Source: Candidatus Saccharimonadia bacterium (GTDB lineage: Bacteria > Patescibacteriota > SICC01). From it: DNA of 64,000 nucleotides. This document shows, piece after piece, positions 26,503 to 37,154 of this stretch. Each line of letters opens with the position of its first letter. Position 1 is the stretch's first letter. The translations under genes and the position numbers were made by a program. Location: assembly GCA_025449535.1 (NCBI GenBank), contig JANWJF010000001.1, positions 485,136 through 549,135 of the forward strand, written 5' to 3'. The notes below the pieces were generated by a model. It ran no database searches. It was given only the letters and a program-made list of their open reading frames with translations, and was not told the origin of the DNA.

Positions 26503-28923
26503 ATGCCAAACAAACACAGGAAAACGTATCTCGGAGTCACCGCCGGGGCTTTGCTGTTGGCCGCCGCGGCCGGACTGTATCTGGATGCACGCCAGCCCGC
26601 CACGGACATCAGGAACCACGAGATCGGCCGGGACAGCCTGGGCGACGGTCGCGTCACCGCCGGCACGGATACCGCGCCAGGCAACGCGATCGCGACCACC
26701 ACCGAACTCGCGTACGAGTCGCCGGAACTGGAGACCGGTCTGCCGAAGGCGAACGCAATCGGCGTCAACTGGACGCAGGAGGGCGACGGCGAGGCCGAGC
26801 TTGAGGTCCGCACGAACGACGGCGACGGATGGAGCGAATGGTCGGAGCTGGACGGCGACGATCGCAAGGACGGGACGGTCGAGCACAGCGCGATACTGCT
26901 GACGGAGAACGCGGAGCGGACCCAGTACCGGTTCGCGCTTTCCGGGAACGTGAAGCTGTCCAAGCCCAAAGTCTTCGCGATCGACGCCACCACGGGTCCG
27001 GACCCGGAAAAGAAGACGGTCATCGGCCAGATGTTCGGTGGCAAGGCTTCCGCGATTTCGAATCCGCGGATCTACTCCCGGTCGGAATGGGGCTCGCCGG
27101 AAGCTGGCGGCTCGCCGCGCTGGACGCCGAACTATCACAAGCTGCAACGCGTGATGGTGCACCATACCGTCTCGAACGCGACGAACTCGTTCTCCAGCAG
27201 CGCCGCCAACGTCCGGGCGATCTGGTATCAGCACGCCAACAACAATAACTGGGGCGACATCGGCTACAACTACCTGGTGGACATGGGCGGCCGGATCTTC
27301 CAAGGTCGGTATTACAACAAGGCGCATGCTGAGGCCAACGACGTAGAGGTCGAGGGCGGCCATACGTTCGGATACAACGACCGCAGCATCGGCATCGCCG
27401 CGCTCGGCGACTTCCGGTATGATGGCTCGAGCGGGGCGCTCCGGGAGAACATCGGCAAGATCGCCGGGTTCAAGATGGCGCCGTACAAACTGGGTGCGAC
27501 CGCGCGGTACCAGGACGAAAGCGGACGGTCCCAGTACCGGATCGGGGGCCATCGGAACTACACCAGCACGACCTGCCCGGGGAACAACCTCTATAACGTG
27601 CTCGGTACCATCCGCAACCGGGCCCAGGTCTACCGGGATGCGTACGTGGCGCAGTCGACCTGGGACTACGGGTACGTGAGCAAGAGTTCGCACAACGTCA
27701 GTTTCCGGCCGGGCCAGACCTCGGACATCCATATCGTCCTGAGGAACGACGGCGAGAACGTCTGGCGAAACGAGGGTTCGCCGATCGTCCGGCTCGGAAC
27801 GGACCGGCCGCGTGATCGCAACAGCAAGTTCGCCGCGACCTGGCTCGCCCCGAGCCGGACGGGAACGTTCGAGGACCAGGCCGGCGGCGGTGACGACGCC
27901 GACATACACACGGTCCAACCGGGCGAGACGGCGCGGTTCGAGTTCACCGTCACGGCGCCGTCCACCCCTGGTACCTACAAGGAGTACTTCCGCCCGGTGG
28001 CCGACGGGGCGGGTTGGTTCTATCGGGACATCGGCATGCATTGGTCGCTCAAGGTCCTCCCCCCCGGCTACAACTACGGCTTCGTCAGCAAGTCGGCCAC
28101 GCCCGCCACGATCACGCCCGGCGTGGACACCCAGGACGTCACCGTGCGGCTCGAGAACACGGGAACCGAGTCCTGGCCGGTGGACGGCGCGCTCCGGCTC
28201 GGCACGGACCGGGGCCGGGACCATAAGTCCGCCTTCGTGACCACTGCGGGACCGGATCCCTGGATCTCCCGGACCCGGCCCTCGGCGGTGGACTCGGTGG
28301 TGGGTGCGCCCGGTGACACGGCGGTAGACCCCGGCCAGGTCGCGGAGTTCGACTTCACGATCACCGTGCCGGCTGGCCTCGCTGCCGGCAACTACAAGCT
28401 CTACGTGCGTCCGGTGCTGGACGGCGTGAAGTGGCTACCCGAGGACTACGGCATCAACTTCCCGGTCCCAGTGGCTCCCCAGCGGCGCACGGGCACCTGG
28501 ACTACCCGCTATGACGGCAGCCAGACGAACTTCCAGCAGGGCACCGTGAAGCGGGTACGCCTGGCGATCGCCAACACCGGCCGGATGACCTGGCAGGGCA
28601 GCGGCCCGGACCAGGTGCGCCTGGCCACGAGTAACCCGAAGGACCGCAGCAGCGCCTTCAGGACCGAGGTGGGCGAGGCGCCCGACGCCTGGCTGTCCCC
28701 GAACCGGGCCTCGGCCATCGACGGGACGGTCACGGACGTGGATACGATGACCGTGGACACCGGGGACACGACGATCGAGCCGGGGCAGGTCGCCTTCTTC
28801 GACATCTACCTGAAGGCGGACCGGCCGGTGGGTACCTACCGGGAGTACTTCGCCCTGGTGCAGGAAGGCATCGCCTGGTTCCCGGACACCGGGTACAACA
28901 TGTACCTGAGGGTGGTCGAGTAG
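26503..28923 (+). CDS. Secreted N-acetylmuramoyl-L-alanine amidase (Amidase_2/PGRP-like) with three NBR1-Ig-like repeats
   Basis: VHHT, WGDIGYNYLVD, GHR..TTCPG; three L.N.G..W..LGTD..V.PG..A.F repeats. Confidence 0.9.
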   Translation: MPNKHRKTYLGVTAGALLLAAAAGLYLDARQPATDIRNHEIGRDSLGDGRVTAGTDTAPGNAIATTTELAYESPELETGLPKANAIGVNWTQEGDGEAELEVRTNDGDGWSEWSELDGDDRKDGTVEHSAILLTENAERTQYRFALSGNVKLSKPKVFAIDATTGPDPEKKTVIGQMFGGKASAISNPRIYSRSEWGSPEAGGSPRWTPNYHKLQRVMVHHTVSNATNSFSSSAANVRAIWYQHANNNNWGDIGYNYLVDMGGRIFQGRYYNKAHAEANDVEVEGGHTFGYNDRSIGIAALGDFRYDGSSGALRENIGKIAGFKMAPYKLGATARYQDESGRSQYRIGGHRNYTSTTCPGNNLYNVLGTIRNRAQVYRDAYVAQSTWDYGYVSKSSHNVSFRPGQTSDIHIVLRNDGENVWRNEGSPIVRLGTDRPRDRNSKFAATWLAPSRTGTFEDQAGGGDDADIHTVQPGETARFEFTVTAPSTPGTYKEYFRPVADGAGWFYRDIGMHWSLKVLPPGYNYGFVSKSATPATITPGVDTQDVTVRLENTGTESWPVDGALRLGTDRGRDHKSAFVTTAGPDPWISRTRPSAVDSVVGAPGDTAVDPGQVAEFDFTITVPAGLAAGNYKLYVRPVLDGVKWLPEDYGINFPVPVAPQRRTGTWTTRYDGSQTNFQQGTVKRVRLAIANTGRMTWQGSGPDQVRLATSNPKDRSSAFRTEVGEAPDAWLSPNRASAIDGTVTDVDTMTVDTGDTTIEPGQVAFFDIYLKADRPVGTYREYFALVQEGIAWFPDTGYNMYLRVVE

Positions 28924-28963
28924 CGGCTCGGATACTTCGCTCCGGTTTCAGTAGAATGGGACG

Positions 28964-29914
28964 GTGATTGACGCGCTGATCATCCTGGTCCTGCTGGCGT
29001 ACGCCTACTTCGGATACCGTCGGGGCTACTTCGCGGGGATGGCGGAACTGGTCGGGTTCATCCTGGGACTGGCCGTTGCCTTTACGTTGTCGAAGCCCCT
29101 GGGCGGGCTGTTCGCGGAGATCATCAACCTGCCGCGGAGCATCCTCGACCTCGGTGCCTTCATGGTGCTATGGATGCTGACCGAGCTGGCGGTGTCGTTC
29201 GGTTGGCGGTTCGCCAGCAAGAGCCTCCCGGAGAAGCTGAGCAAGCACCCGGCGAACCGGGCGGCGGGAGTATTGCCGGGAATAGGCAAGGGCCTGGCGT
29301 TCATCACCATCCTGCTCCTGATCGTCGCCTCGGCCCCGATTCCCACGAGCACCAAGCAGCCGTTCGTTGAGTCCGCCATCGGCAAGCAGCTGTTGGCTGC
29401 GGGAACGGTCTTCCAACAGCAGGTCAACGGCGTCTTCGGCGAGGCGTTGCGGGATACGCTGGCGTTCAAGACGGTGAAGACGGGCAGCAGCGATACGACG
29501 GAACTGGGATTCACGGTGAAGGATGCGTCGGAGTGCCGGGAGGACGGCAAGAAGCTGTTCGAGAAGGCGAACGCGGAACGGGCGGAACGCGGCTTCCCGC
29601 TGTTGGAGTGGGACGACGGGCTGCGCGCGGTGGGACTCAAGCATTCGCAGGACATGTTGGCGCGCGGGTACTTCTCGCACGTGACGCCGGAGGGCAAGGA
29701 TCCGTTCGACCGGATGGCGGACGCGGACATCACCTACGTCGTGGCGGGAGAGAACCTGGCGTTCGCCCCGACGGTCGACATCGCCCACACCGGCTTGATG
29801 AACTCGCCCGGCCATAAGGCCAACATTTTGAAGGAAGACTTCCGCAAGCTGGGCGTCGGCTGCGCGGATGGCGGCATCCGCGGGCAGATGTACTCGCAGG
29901 AGTTCACGGGCTGA
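28964..29914 (+). CDS. CvpA family plus CAP (SCP) domain protein
   Basis: GYRRG CvpA N-terminus; HSQDM..YFSH, GENLA, MNSPGHKANIL. Confidence 0.92.
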   Translation: MIDALIILVLLAYAYFGYRRGYFAGMAELVGFILGLAVAFTLSKPLGGLFAEIINLPRSILDLGAFMVLWMLTELAVSFGWRFASKSLPEKLSKHPANRAAGVLPGIGKGLAFITILLLIVASAPIPTSTKQPFVESAIGKQLLAAGTVFQQQVNGVFGEALRDTLAFKTVKTGSSDTTELGFTVKDASECREDGKKLFEKANAERAERGFPLLEWDDGLRAVGLKHSQDMLARGYFSHVTPEGKDPFDRMADADITYVVAGENLAFAPTVDIAHTGLMNSPGHKANILKEDFRKLGVGCADGGIRGQMYSQEFTG

Positions 29915-29963
29915 ACGGTTGTGGCCGTGTCCGCGAACCGGTATGGTGGTCGGTTATATCGAT

Positions 29964-30470
29964 ATGAGTAGTACTGAAGCCAACACGGGAATCGACTCGC
30001 GGATTACCGTCGATGAAATCAGCTGGCAAGAAAAAACCACCGGAGATGCCTTCGTCGCCTGTGTCGAGGAGCTGCTCGAGCCTTTCCCCATCACACCCCA
30101 GGAGGATGACGAGTTCGAAGCGCACCGAAGCGACCGGTGCGGCGAGTTCCCGGTCACACCCGGTCTCGACATCAGAGTCCGGCGTAGCGGTGCCATGCAT
30201 GAACTGGAGTTCGTGGCGGGCATCCGCGTCTGGGTCGGCGGAGAGCTCCGTTCGGCGACCGAACGGGTTTCCTTCACGCACAGCGGCGGCCGTCTGCACA
30301 TCGATACTTTCGCTTCGCTTGAGCCGCAGAAGGGGCACCGCCAGGAGCTGGCCCTTGCGCAATACACCGCGGGCGGCCATTTGCCGTTCCTCGAGTCCAC
30401 GGACGGGTTCGCCAAGGTCGAGGCTTTCAAGGAGATCGTTGACCACCCCGAGGCGTACCTGCGGCCGTAA
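29964..30470 (+). CDS. Hypothetical protein
   Basis: ORF with protein-like composition; start reassigned. Confidence 0.6.
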   Translation: MSSTEANTGIDSRITVDEISWQEKTTGDAFVACVEELLEPFPITPQEDDEFEAHRSDRCGEFPVTPGLDIRVRRSGAMHELEFVAGIRVWVGGELRSATERVSFTHSGGRLHIDTFASLEPQKGHRQELALAQYTAGGHLPFLESTDGFAKVEAFKEIVDHPEAYLRP

Positions 30471-30482
30471 AGTGCTGGACGG

Positions 30483-31148
30483 TCAGTCCGTGCCATACTT
30501 GATCGCCTGGATGCCGAGCTCCGGGACGTTCACGCCGGGCTTCCGGCCGATGACGAACTCGATGGCATCGACGATCTCGCCGACATTGAGCGTCGTCTCG
30601 GAATCGTCGTCCTCGCCGAACGCGCCGGGATAGATACCCCCGACGGTGACCCCGTGTTCGCGCGCTTCCTTGGCGAGGCTCTTCGTGAAGCCGTCCATCG
30701 CGAACTTGGCCGCCGCGTAGGCGGCCTGGTGCCGCTCGGCATAAAACCCGCCTTGCGAGACGACGTTCACGATCCGTCCGGCGCCCGCTTCCTTCATCGC
30801 GGCGTAAATCTCCCGGGTGAAGAGCATCGGCGCCAGCGCATTCGAGCGGATCTGCTGCTGAATGTCCTCGGGGGCGGTCTCTTCGTACGGTCCGCCGATC
30901 CAACCGCCGGAAGCGTTGATCAGTACGTCGACCGTCTTATGCGACTTGAGGATGTCGGTGGCGGCCTGCAGGGCCTGGTCCGGATCGGCGGCGTCCCCGG
31001 CTTGGTATTCCGCGCCGGTTTTGGCGGCGATCTGCTTCAGGCGTTCGGCGTTGCGGGCGACGAGCACGACGGCGTCGTTCTTCAGCTGGCCTGCCAAGGC
31101 CCGACCCAGCTTCCCGGTCCCTCCGGTAATGACAATCGTCCGACTCAT
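30483..31148 (-). CDS. Short-chain dehydrogenase/reductase
   Basis: TGGTGKLG, INASG, YAAAK. Confidence 0.92.
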   Translation of the reverse strand: MSRTIVITGGTGKLGRALAGQLKNDAVVLVARNAERLKQIAAKTGAEYQAGDAADPDQALQAATDILKSHKTVDVLINASGGWIGGPYEETAPEDIQQQIRSNALAPMLFTREIYAAMKEAGAGRIVNVVSQGGFYAERHQAAYAAAKFAMDGFTKSLAKEAREHGVTVGGIYPGAFGEDDDSETTLNVGEIVDAIEFVIGRKPGVNVPELGIQAIKYGTD

Positions 31149-31180
31149 GCCATCAGGATACCATCGGGTACCCTGTACTT

Positions 31181-32527
31181 ATGCAGCTGCTCGACGAAGT
31201 CCGGGACATCCTCCAGCCGTATCGTGATAGGAAGCTCATCGTGGCGGTGTCCGGCGGCGTGGACTCGGTGGTCCTCCTCGACCTGTTGAACGAACTCCGC
31301 CATGAGTTGGAGCTGGACCTGGTCGTCGCGCATGCGGACCACGGCCTCCGCCGCGGCAGCGCCAAGGATGCCCGGTTCGTCGAGGCGCTGGCGCACGGGT
31401 TGGGACTGCCGTCCGCTTCCACGCGGCTCGACCTGAATCCCGGCGGCAACGTCGAGGCTCGCGCTCGCGAGGCCCGGTACCGCTGGCTGGAGACCATCCG
31501 CAAGCGCCGCAAGGCGGACTACGTCGTCACCGCCCATCAGGCGGACGACCAGGTCGAGACGCTCTTCCTGCACCTGGCCCGGGGGACCGGCATGCAAGGG
31601 CTTTCCGGCATGAAGACGCTGTCCGGCACGGTCCTCCGCCCGCTCCTGGGAACGCCGCGCGCCCAGGTCGCCCGGTACGCCCGGCGCCGTAAGCTGAAGT
31701 TCCGCCGCGACCCGACCAACCGGAACGTGAAGCACGCCCGCAACCGGATCCGGCACCAAGTGATCCGGAGCCTCCGGAAGATCAATCCGCAGCTCGTCGA
31801 GACGGTCAGCCAGTCGATGCGGGTCTTCTCCAACGAATACGAGGTCGCCCGGATGCTGGCGGCCCGAGAACTCGCCCAGGTGACCGTCAGCGCGGGCGGC
31901 GACGGCCGCAAGCTGAAGCGTGCCAAGCTGATGAAGATGGACCGTGGGGTGCGGCATCTGGTCTGGCGGGAGGCGCTCCGGCAGCTGGCCGGTGACCTGC
32001 GCGGGTTCGCGCTCCGGCACCTCGAGCAGCTCGACGACCTGTTGCACCGGCAGACCGGCAGTCGGGCGCATCTGCCACGCGGTGTGACCGCGGCGCGTCA
32101 ATACGACGAACTGGTCCTCCGGATCGGTCCACCGGCCGCGCCGCCGAAGCGCACGACGCTGGCGGTTCCGGGCGAGGCAGACTTCGGCGATCGGACGATC
32201 TCGGCGAAGACGGTCGCCAGGGCCCGCCCGGAGGCGTCCGGTCGGACGGCGGTGCTGGACGCGGTCGCCCTCGGTGACGAACTGGTCATCCGTCCGCCGC
32301 GGGCTGGGGATCGGTTCAAACCGGTCGGGATGCGCGGCAGCAAGCTGGTCAGCGACCTGCTCACGGACGCCAAGGTCCCGCGCGACGAGCGGCCGTGGGT
32401 GCCGGTCGTTCTCAAGCCGGGCGGTCGCGGCAAACGCCAACAGGTCGTCTGGGTCGCGGGGTACCGGGCGGACCGGCGGTTCGTGCCGCGCCGCGGCGGC
32501 AAGCGGGTCGTGCTTCGACTGGTCTGA
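31181..32527 (+). CDS. tilS: tRNA(Ile)-lysidine synthetase
   Basis: AVSGGVDS PP-loop, AREARY, TAHQADDQVET, RNRIR. Confidence 0.96.
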   Translation: MQLLDEVRDILQPYRDRKLIVAVSGGVDSVVLLDLLNELRHELELDLVVAHADHGLRRGSAKDARFVEALAHGLGLPSASTRLDLNPGGNVEARAREARYRWLETIRKRRKADYVVTAHQADDQVETLFLHLARGTGMQGLSGMKTLSGTVLRPLLGTPRAQVARYARRRKLKFRRDPTNRNVKHARNRIRHQVIRSLRKINPQLVETVSQSMRVFSNEYEVARMLAARELAQVTVSAGGDGRKLKRAKLMKMDRGVRHLVWREALRQLAGDLRGFALRHLEQLDDLLHRQTGSRAHLPRGVTAARQYDELVLRIGPPAAPPKRTTLAVPGEADFGDRTISAKTVARARPEASGRTAVLDAVALGDELVIRPPRAGDRFKPVGMRGSKLVSDLLTDAKVPRDERPWVPVVLKPGGRGKRQQVVWVAGYRADRRFVPRRGGKRVVLRLV

Positions 32528-32570
32528 CCGCCGGTGCAACGCCCCCGCCCCTGCGGTACCCTAGGTAGGT

Positions 32571-34424
32571 ATGAACCGAAGCGTGCGCAGCTTGCTATAC
32601 CTGATCGGCGCGGTGATGATCGTCGCTTTGGTGTACTCGTCCACCGGTGTCGGCCAGACCGCCAAGGAGGAAGTGCCGGTCACCCGGGTCATCGAGCAGA
32701 TCAAGACCGGTCAAGTGGACAGGATCGAGGCGGCCGGCCGGGAGCTCACGGTAAAGCTCGCGAACGGTAAGACCGAGACGACCAAGTACACCGGCGACTC
32801 GCTGCCCCAGTACCTCAAGGACTTCGGCGTGACGGACGCCCAACTGGCCAAGGTCGAGATCGAGGAGCAGGGCGCCAAGGACTACTCCGTCTGGATCAAC
32901 CTGGCGAGCTTCGTGCTGCCGCTGCTGCTGATCGGCGGGTTCCTGTTCTTCATGCTCCGGCAGGCCCAGTCCGGCAACAACCAGGCGATGAGCTTCGGCC
33001 GCAGCCGGGCCAAGCTCTTCAACGCGGAGAAGAAGTCCAAGGTGACGTTCAAGGACGTGGCCGGCGCCCACGAATCCAAGGAAGAGCTTGAGGAGATCGT
33101 CCAGTTCCTGAAGTATCCGGCCAAGTTCGCGCAGCTCGGCGCGGAGATTCCCAAGGGCGTGATGATGGTCGGCCCACCCGGCACCGGCAAGACCCTGCTG
33201 GCCCGCGCCGTGGCCGGCGAGGCGGACGTGCCGTTCTTCTCCATCTCCGGCTCGGAGTTCGTGGAGATGTTCGTGGGCGTCGGCGCCAGTCGGGTCCGCG
33301 ACCTCTTCGCCAAGGCCAAGCGGAACGCGCCCTGCATCATCTTCATCGATGAGATCGACGCGGTCGGCCGCCAGCGCGGCGCCGGACTCGGCGGGTCGCA
33401 CGACGAGCGCGAGCAGACGCTCAACCAGATCCTCACCGAGATGGACGGCTTCGAGCAAGGCACCAACGTGATCGTGATAGCCGCCACCAACCGGCCGGAC
33501 GTGCTCGACCCGGCGCTGCTCCGCCCGGGGCGCTTCGACCGCCGGGTGCTGCTGGACCGGCCGGACGTGAAGGAACGCAAGCTGATCTTGGAAGTGCATG
33601 CCAAGGGCAAGCCGCTCGAGAAGGGGGTCGATCTCGGGAAGATCGCCCGTCAGACGCCGGGCTTCGCCGGCGCGGACCTGAAGAACCTCTTCAATGAGGC
33701 CGCGATCCTGGCCGCTCGGCGCGACAAAAAGAAAGTCGGCCAGGTGGAGCTGACCAACAGTATCGAGAAGGTGATGCTGGGTCCGGAACGCCGTAGCCGT
33801 GTGATGAGCGAACAGGCGAAGAAGGTTACCGCGTACCATGAGGCCGGCCACGCGCTGGTCGCGACGTACCTGCCGCGCACCGATCCGGTCCATAAGGTCA
33901 GCATCATCTCCCGCGGCATGGCGGGCGGCTATACCTGGTACCTGCCGGACGAGGACAAGCTGCTCCACGCCAAGCCGGATTTCGAGGACGAACTGGCCGC
34001 GATGCTGGCCGGCCACGCCGCCGAACGGGAGGTCTTCAAGGAGGTCACGACCGGCGCCAGCTCGGACATCCAGAAGGCGACGGAGCTGGCCCGCCGGATG
34101 GTGGTCGATTACGGCATGTCCGAGAAGCTCGGGCCGATCGCCTACCGCGAGAAGGACGAGATGGTCTTCCTCGGCCGGGAGCTTGGCGAGCAGAAGCATT
34201 ACTCCGAGAAGGTCGCCGCGGAGATCGACGCCGAGGTGAAGCGGATCATCGACACGGCGTATGCCCTGGCGCAGTCGACGCTCAAGAAGCACCGCAAGAA
34301 GCTCGACATGCTGGCCGCGGAGTTGATCAAACGGGAGACGATCGAAGGTGAGGAGTACGACAAGCTCTTTCCCGATGCGCCGAAGCTACAGAAGGCTAAG
34401 CCCAAGCGCAAGGCGCGCGCCTAG
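32571..34424 (+). CDS. ftsH: ATP-dependent zinc metalloprotease FtsH
   Basis: Two [18 protein letters not shown] region, HEAGH. Confidence 0.98.
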   Translation: MNRSVRSLLYLIGAVMIVALVYSSTGVGQTAKEEVPVTRVIEQIKTGQVDRIEAAGRELTVKLANGKTETTKYTGDSLPQYLKDFGVTDAQLAKVEIEEQGAKDYSVWINLASFVLPLLLIGGFLFFMLRQAQSGNNQAMSFGRSRAKLFNAEKKSKVTFKDVAGAHESKEELEEIVQFLKYPAKFAQLGAEIPKGVMMVGPPGTGKTLLARAVAGEADVPFFSISGSEFVEMFVGVGASRVRDLFAKAKRNAPCIIFIDEIDAVGRQRGAGLGGSHDEREQTLNQILTEMDGFEQGTNVIVIAATNRPDVLDPALLRPGRFDRRVLLDRPDVKERKLILEVHAKGKPLEKGVDLGKIARQTPGFAGADLKNLFNEAAILAARRDKKKVGQVELTNSIEKVMLGPERRSRVMSEQAKKVTAYHEAGHALVATYLPRTDPVHKVSIISRGMAGGYTWYLPDEDKLLHAKPDFEDELAAMLAGHAAEREVFKEVTTGASSDIQKATELARRMVVDYGMSEKLGPIAYREKDEMVFLGRELGEQKHYSEKVAAEIDAEVKRIIDTAYALAQSTLKKHRKKLDMLAAELIKRETIEGEEYDKLFPDAPKLQKAKPKRKARA

Positions 34425-34455
34425 CGGCGTATACTGAGGCCGACGCACGGAGCGT

Positions 34456-36087
34456 ATGGTCAAACAAACCGTCAGCCAGCTGAACCGACAAGCCAAGGGA
34501 GCGATCCGGAAGTTCTTCGGATTCTCGACGAGCGTCGGCGGGGCGGCGGCGATCCTCGGCGTCGCGTACTTTGCCAGTCGCCTGTTGGCCCTGGTCCGCG
34601 ACCGGCTCCTGGCGACCGGCTTCGGCCCCGGGCCGGAACTGGACGCGTACTTCGCGGCCTTCCGGATCCCCGACTTTATCTTCAACGTGCTGATCTTCGG
34701 CGCGATCTCATCTGCGTTCATCCCTGTCTTCGCCGGCTACCTCGCCAACAAGAAGAAGGAGACCGCGGACAAGGTCGGGTCGGTCGTCCTGACGGCGGGG
34801 ATCATATTACTGATCGGCGTCGCCGGGGTGGCGTTCGTGTTCGCGCCGGAACTGGCGCCGTTCATCGCGCCGGGGTTCACCGACGCGCAGCTGAAGGAAG
34901 TGGCCGAGCTCACCCGGATCATGCTGCTCTCGCCGATCTTCTTCGGTATCGGCGGCATCTTCGGGTCGGTCCTCCATTCGCACCAGCGGTTCGTGGCGTA
35001 CTCCGTCGCGCCGCTGCTGTACAACCTCGGCATCATCGCCGGCGCGCTGGTCGCCCCGGAGCTTGGCGTGAAGTACCTGGCCTGGGGCGTCGCCGCGGGC
35101 GCCTTCCTGCAGATGTGTATCCAGGTCGTCGCCGGACTCCGGACGGGATTCCGGTTCCGGCCGAACCTCAGTATCCGGCACCCCGGTGTCCGGCGGATCT
35201 TCTGGCTGATGATCCCGACCACGATCGGCGCGGCGATCCTCCAGATCAACTTCCTGGTCGAGACGGTCATCGCCTCGACCCTCCAGGCCGGCTCGCTGGC
35301 CCAGTTCTGGCTGGCGACCAGCCTCTCGATGGTGCCGGTCTCGGTGGTCGGCGCGGCGTTCGCGACGGCGGTGTTCCCTGTGCTCGCCAAGGCGGCCTCG
35401 ACCCATCAGACCTCGCTGTACGTAGAGAACCTCGTCACCGTGATCCGGAAGATCCTCTTCGTGATCATCCCGGTCAGCATCGCGGTCATGCTGCTGCGCG
35501 CGCAGATCGTCCGGTTGGTCTACGGCGCCGGCAACTTCGACTTCGACGACACGCGGTACGTGACCAGCATCCTGGGCATCCTGGCGGTGTCATTGTTCGC
35601 TCAGGCCCTGGTGCCTTTGCTCTCCAAGGCGTTCTATGCGATCCGCAATACGCGCACCCCGGTGATCATCGCCGGCGTCGCGATGCTGGTGAACGTGGCC
35701 GTGGCGATCCCGGCCAGCCACTACCTCGGGGTGGTGGGTCTGGCGCTGGCGTTCAGCCTCGCCTCGATCGTCCAGGTCGCGCTGCTCTTCTTCTTCCTTT
35801 CGAGCAAGGTCCCGGCGGTGGAGGACCGGGCGATGCTCTCGGCGATCACCCGGATCACGTTCGCGTCCCTGGCCTCGGGCGCGGCGATCTACGGGACGTT
35901 GTACGGCGTCGCCTATCTGATCGAGGACATCCAAAGCACCCAGACGGTGGCGTTCTTCGCGATCCAGACGGTACTGGCCGGGTTGGTCGGCTCCGGCGTC
36001 TACCTGATGCTCACCACGGCGATGAAGCTGCCGGAAGCGCGGTTGCTCCTCGTCCGGGCCCGTCACCCGCTCGACGCGGACGATTGA
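34456..36087 (+). CDS. murJ: Lipid II flippase MurJ
   Basis: SRLL..VRD, AF.IPD, SAFIPVF, FYA..TRTP. Confidence 0.96.
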   Translation: MVKQTVSQLNRQAKGAIRKFFGFSTSVGGAAAILGVAYFASRLLALVRDRLLATGFGPGPELDAYFAAFRIPDFIFNVLIFGAISSAFIPVFAGYLANKKKETADKVGSVVLTAGIILLIGVAGVAFVFAPELAPFIAPGFTDAQLKEVAELTRIMLLSPIFFGIGGIFGSVLHSHQRFVAYSVAPLLYNLGIIAGALVAPELGVKYLAWGVAAGAFLQMCIQVVAGLRTGFRFRPNLSIRHPGVRRIFWLMIPTTIGAAILQINFLVETVIASTLQAGSLAQFWLATSLSMVPVSVVGAAFATAVFPVLAKAASTHQTSLYVENLVTVIRKILFVIIPVSIAVMLLRAQIVRLVYGAGNFDFDDTRYVTSILGILAVSLFAQALVPLLSKAFYAIRNTRTPVIIAGVAMLVNVAVAIPASHYLGVVGLALAFSLASIVQVALLFFFLSSKVPAVEDRAMLSAITRITFASLASGAAIYGTLYGVAYLIEDIQSTQTVAFFAIQTVLAGLVGSGVYLMLTTAMKLPEARLLLVRARHPLDADD

Positions 36088-36136
36088 TTTACTGCTTGGT
36101 TGACGCTCTTTAATCGCTTTGCTAGCATTCTTCGTT

Positions 36137-36625
36137 ATGGGCGAACGATCAGAAGAAGCACGAAGGGCGGAGTTCGAGGCGTCCCGCGAACCGACGCCGG
36201 ACGGTCGCAGCCTGGAGGATTTTCCTGTGGGTTTAGAGGTAGTTGCATACATGAGCAACTACGGGCAGCTGGAGCTCGGAAATGCGACCATCGTCGGGCA
36301 TACCAGGTTTGGCTGGGTGGAGGTACGTCCCCGCAACCTGGATCGTGGCGCGCCCTTTGGACGCCGCGATGCCGTCTTTAAATTCTCACCCCGCTCACCT
36401 GGCCTGTTGCGTTCTGAAGAATTGGAATCGTTGAAAGGTTCCCGGGAGCAGGTACGGTGCTGGGTCGGGCAGGGCGATCGGTATGATGAACGGGAAAGTC
36501 GACGTCTGGTCGACAAGATCGTCGGTTACTCAGGGTACGATGGTCCGGTGAAGCCCCCCATACCTGGTGACCCCGTCCGGAAACGGTCAAAAGGCGTCAA
36601 TAAGGCCGGCTGGCCCGGCGGCTGA
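36137..36625 (+). CDS. Hypothetical protein, paralog of the next gene
   Basis: Shares LEDFPVG, FSP.SPGLLR and GY.GY.G with 36634-37113. Confidence 0.75.
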   Translation: MGERSEEARRAEFEASREPTPDGRSLEDFPVGLEVVAYMSNYGQLELGNATIVGHTRFGWVEVRPRNLDRGAPFGRRDAVFKFSPRSPGLLRSEELESLKGSREQVRCWVGQGDRYDERESRRLVDKIVGYSGYDGPVKPPIPGDPVRKRSKGVNKAGWPGG

Positions 36626-36633
36626 GGGGTGAC

Positions 36634-37113
36634 ATGGATTCCGAACGCCTGATAGGACTTTTAAGGGAACACGCCGAAGCGTCCCGGGAGAAGGGGGCGC
36701 TTCCCGGTGAACGCACGCTCGAGGACTTCCCGGTCGGCGCCAACGTGGTCGTCTACACCCTGGCCTGGGACCAGCACGAACTGCGTCGCGGCACGGTAGC
36801 CGAACATTCCGAGTACGGGTTCGTAGTGGTTGAGCTCGAGACGAAGCAACGTGGAAGGCTTGGCGTGCCGTCGTCGACGCGCTTCTCTCCGGAGTCTCCC
36901 GGTTTGTTGCGCATCTCCGACGTGCAGCGGCTGCGCCATGCGCCCGAACGTGCCCGGCGTTGGAGCGAGGACGGTGGTGTCTATAACGCCCGCGAACGGC
37001 CGCGGCTGGTGAGCAAACTTCTTGGGTACACGGGCTACGAGGGCCGTCCCCGGGGCTCGTCCGTGAATCCGCCCTCCCGTCGGTCGAGAAAGGGCTTTAA
37101 CCGCGTCCGGTAA
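36634..37113 (+). CDS. Hypothetical protein, paralog of the previous gene
   Basis: Shared motifs with 36137-36625; SD GAGG. Confidence 0.75.
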   Translation: MDSERLIGLLREHAEASREKGALPGERTLEDFPVGANVVVYTLAWDQHELRRGTVAEHSEYGFVVVELETKQRGRLGVPSSTRFSPESPGLLRISDVQRLRHAPERARRWSEDGGVYNARERPRLVSKLLGYTGYEGRPRGSSVNPPSRRSRKGFNRVR

Positions 37114-37154
37114 GCGTCTTTGCGTCGGCTTTCAGCTACTATTAGTAGTATCTG

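Noticed and set aside
32595-34292. Long antisense ORFs (also 26455-28224, 42101-43594 and many others)
   Set aside because: Shadow frames of GC-rich genes, opposite well-supported CDS.
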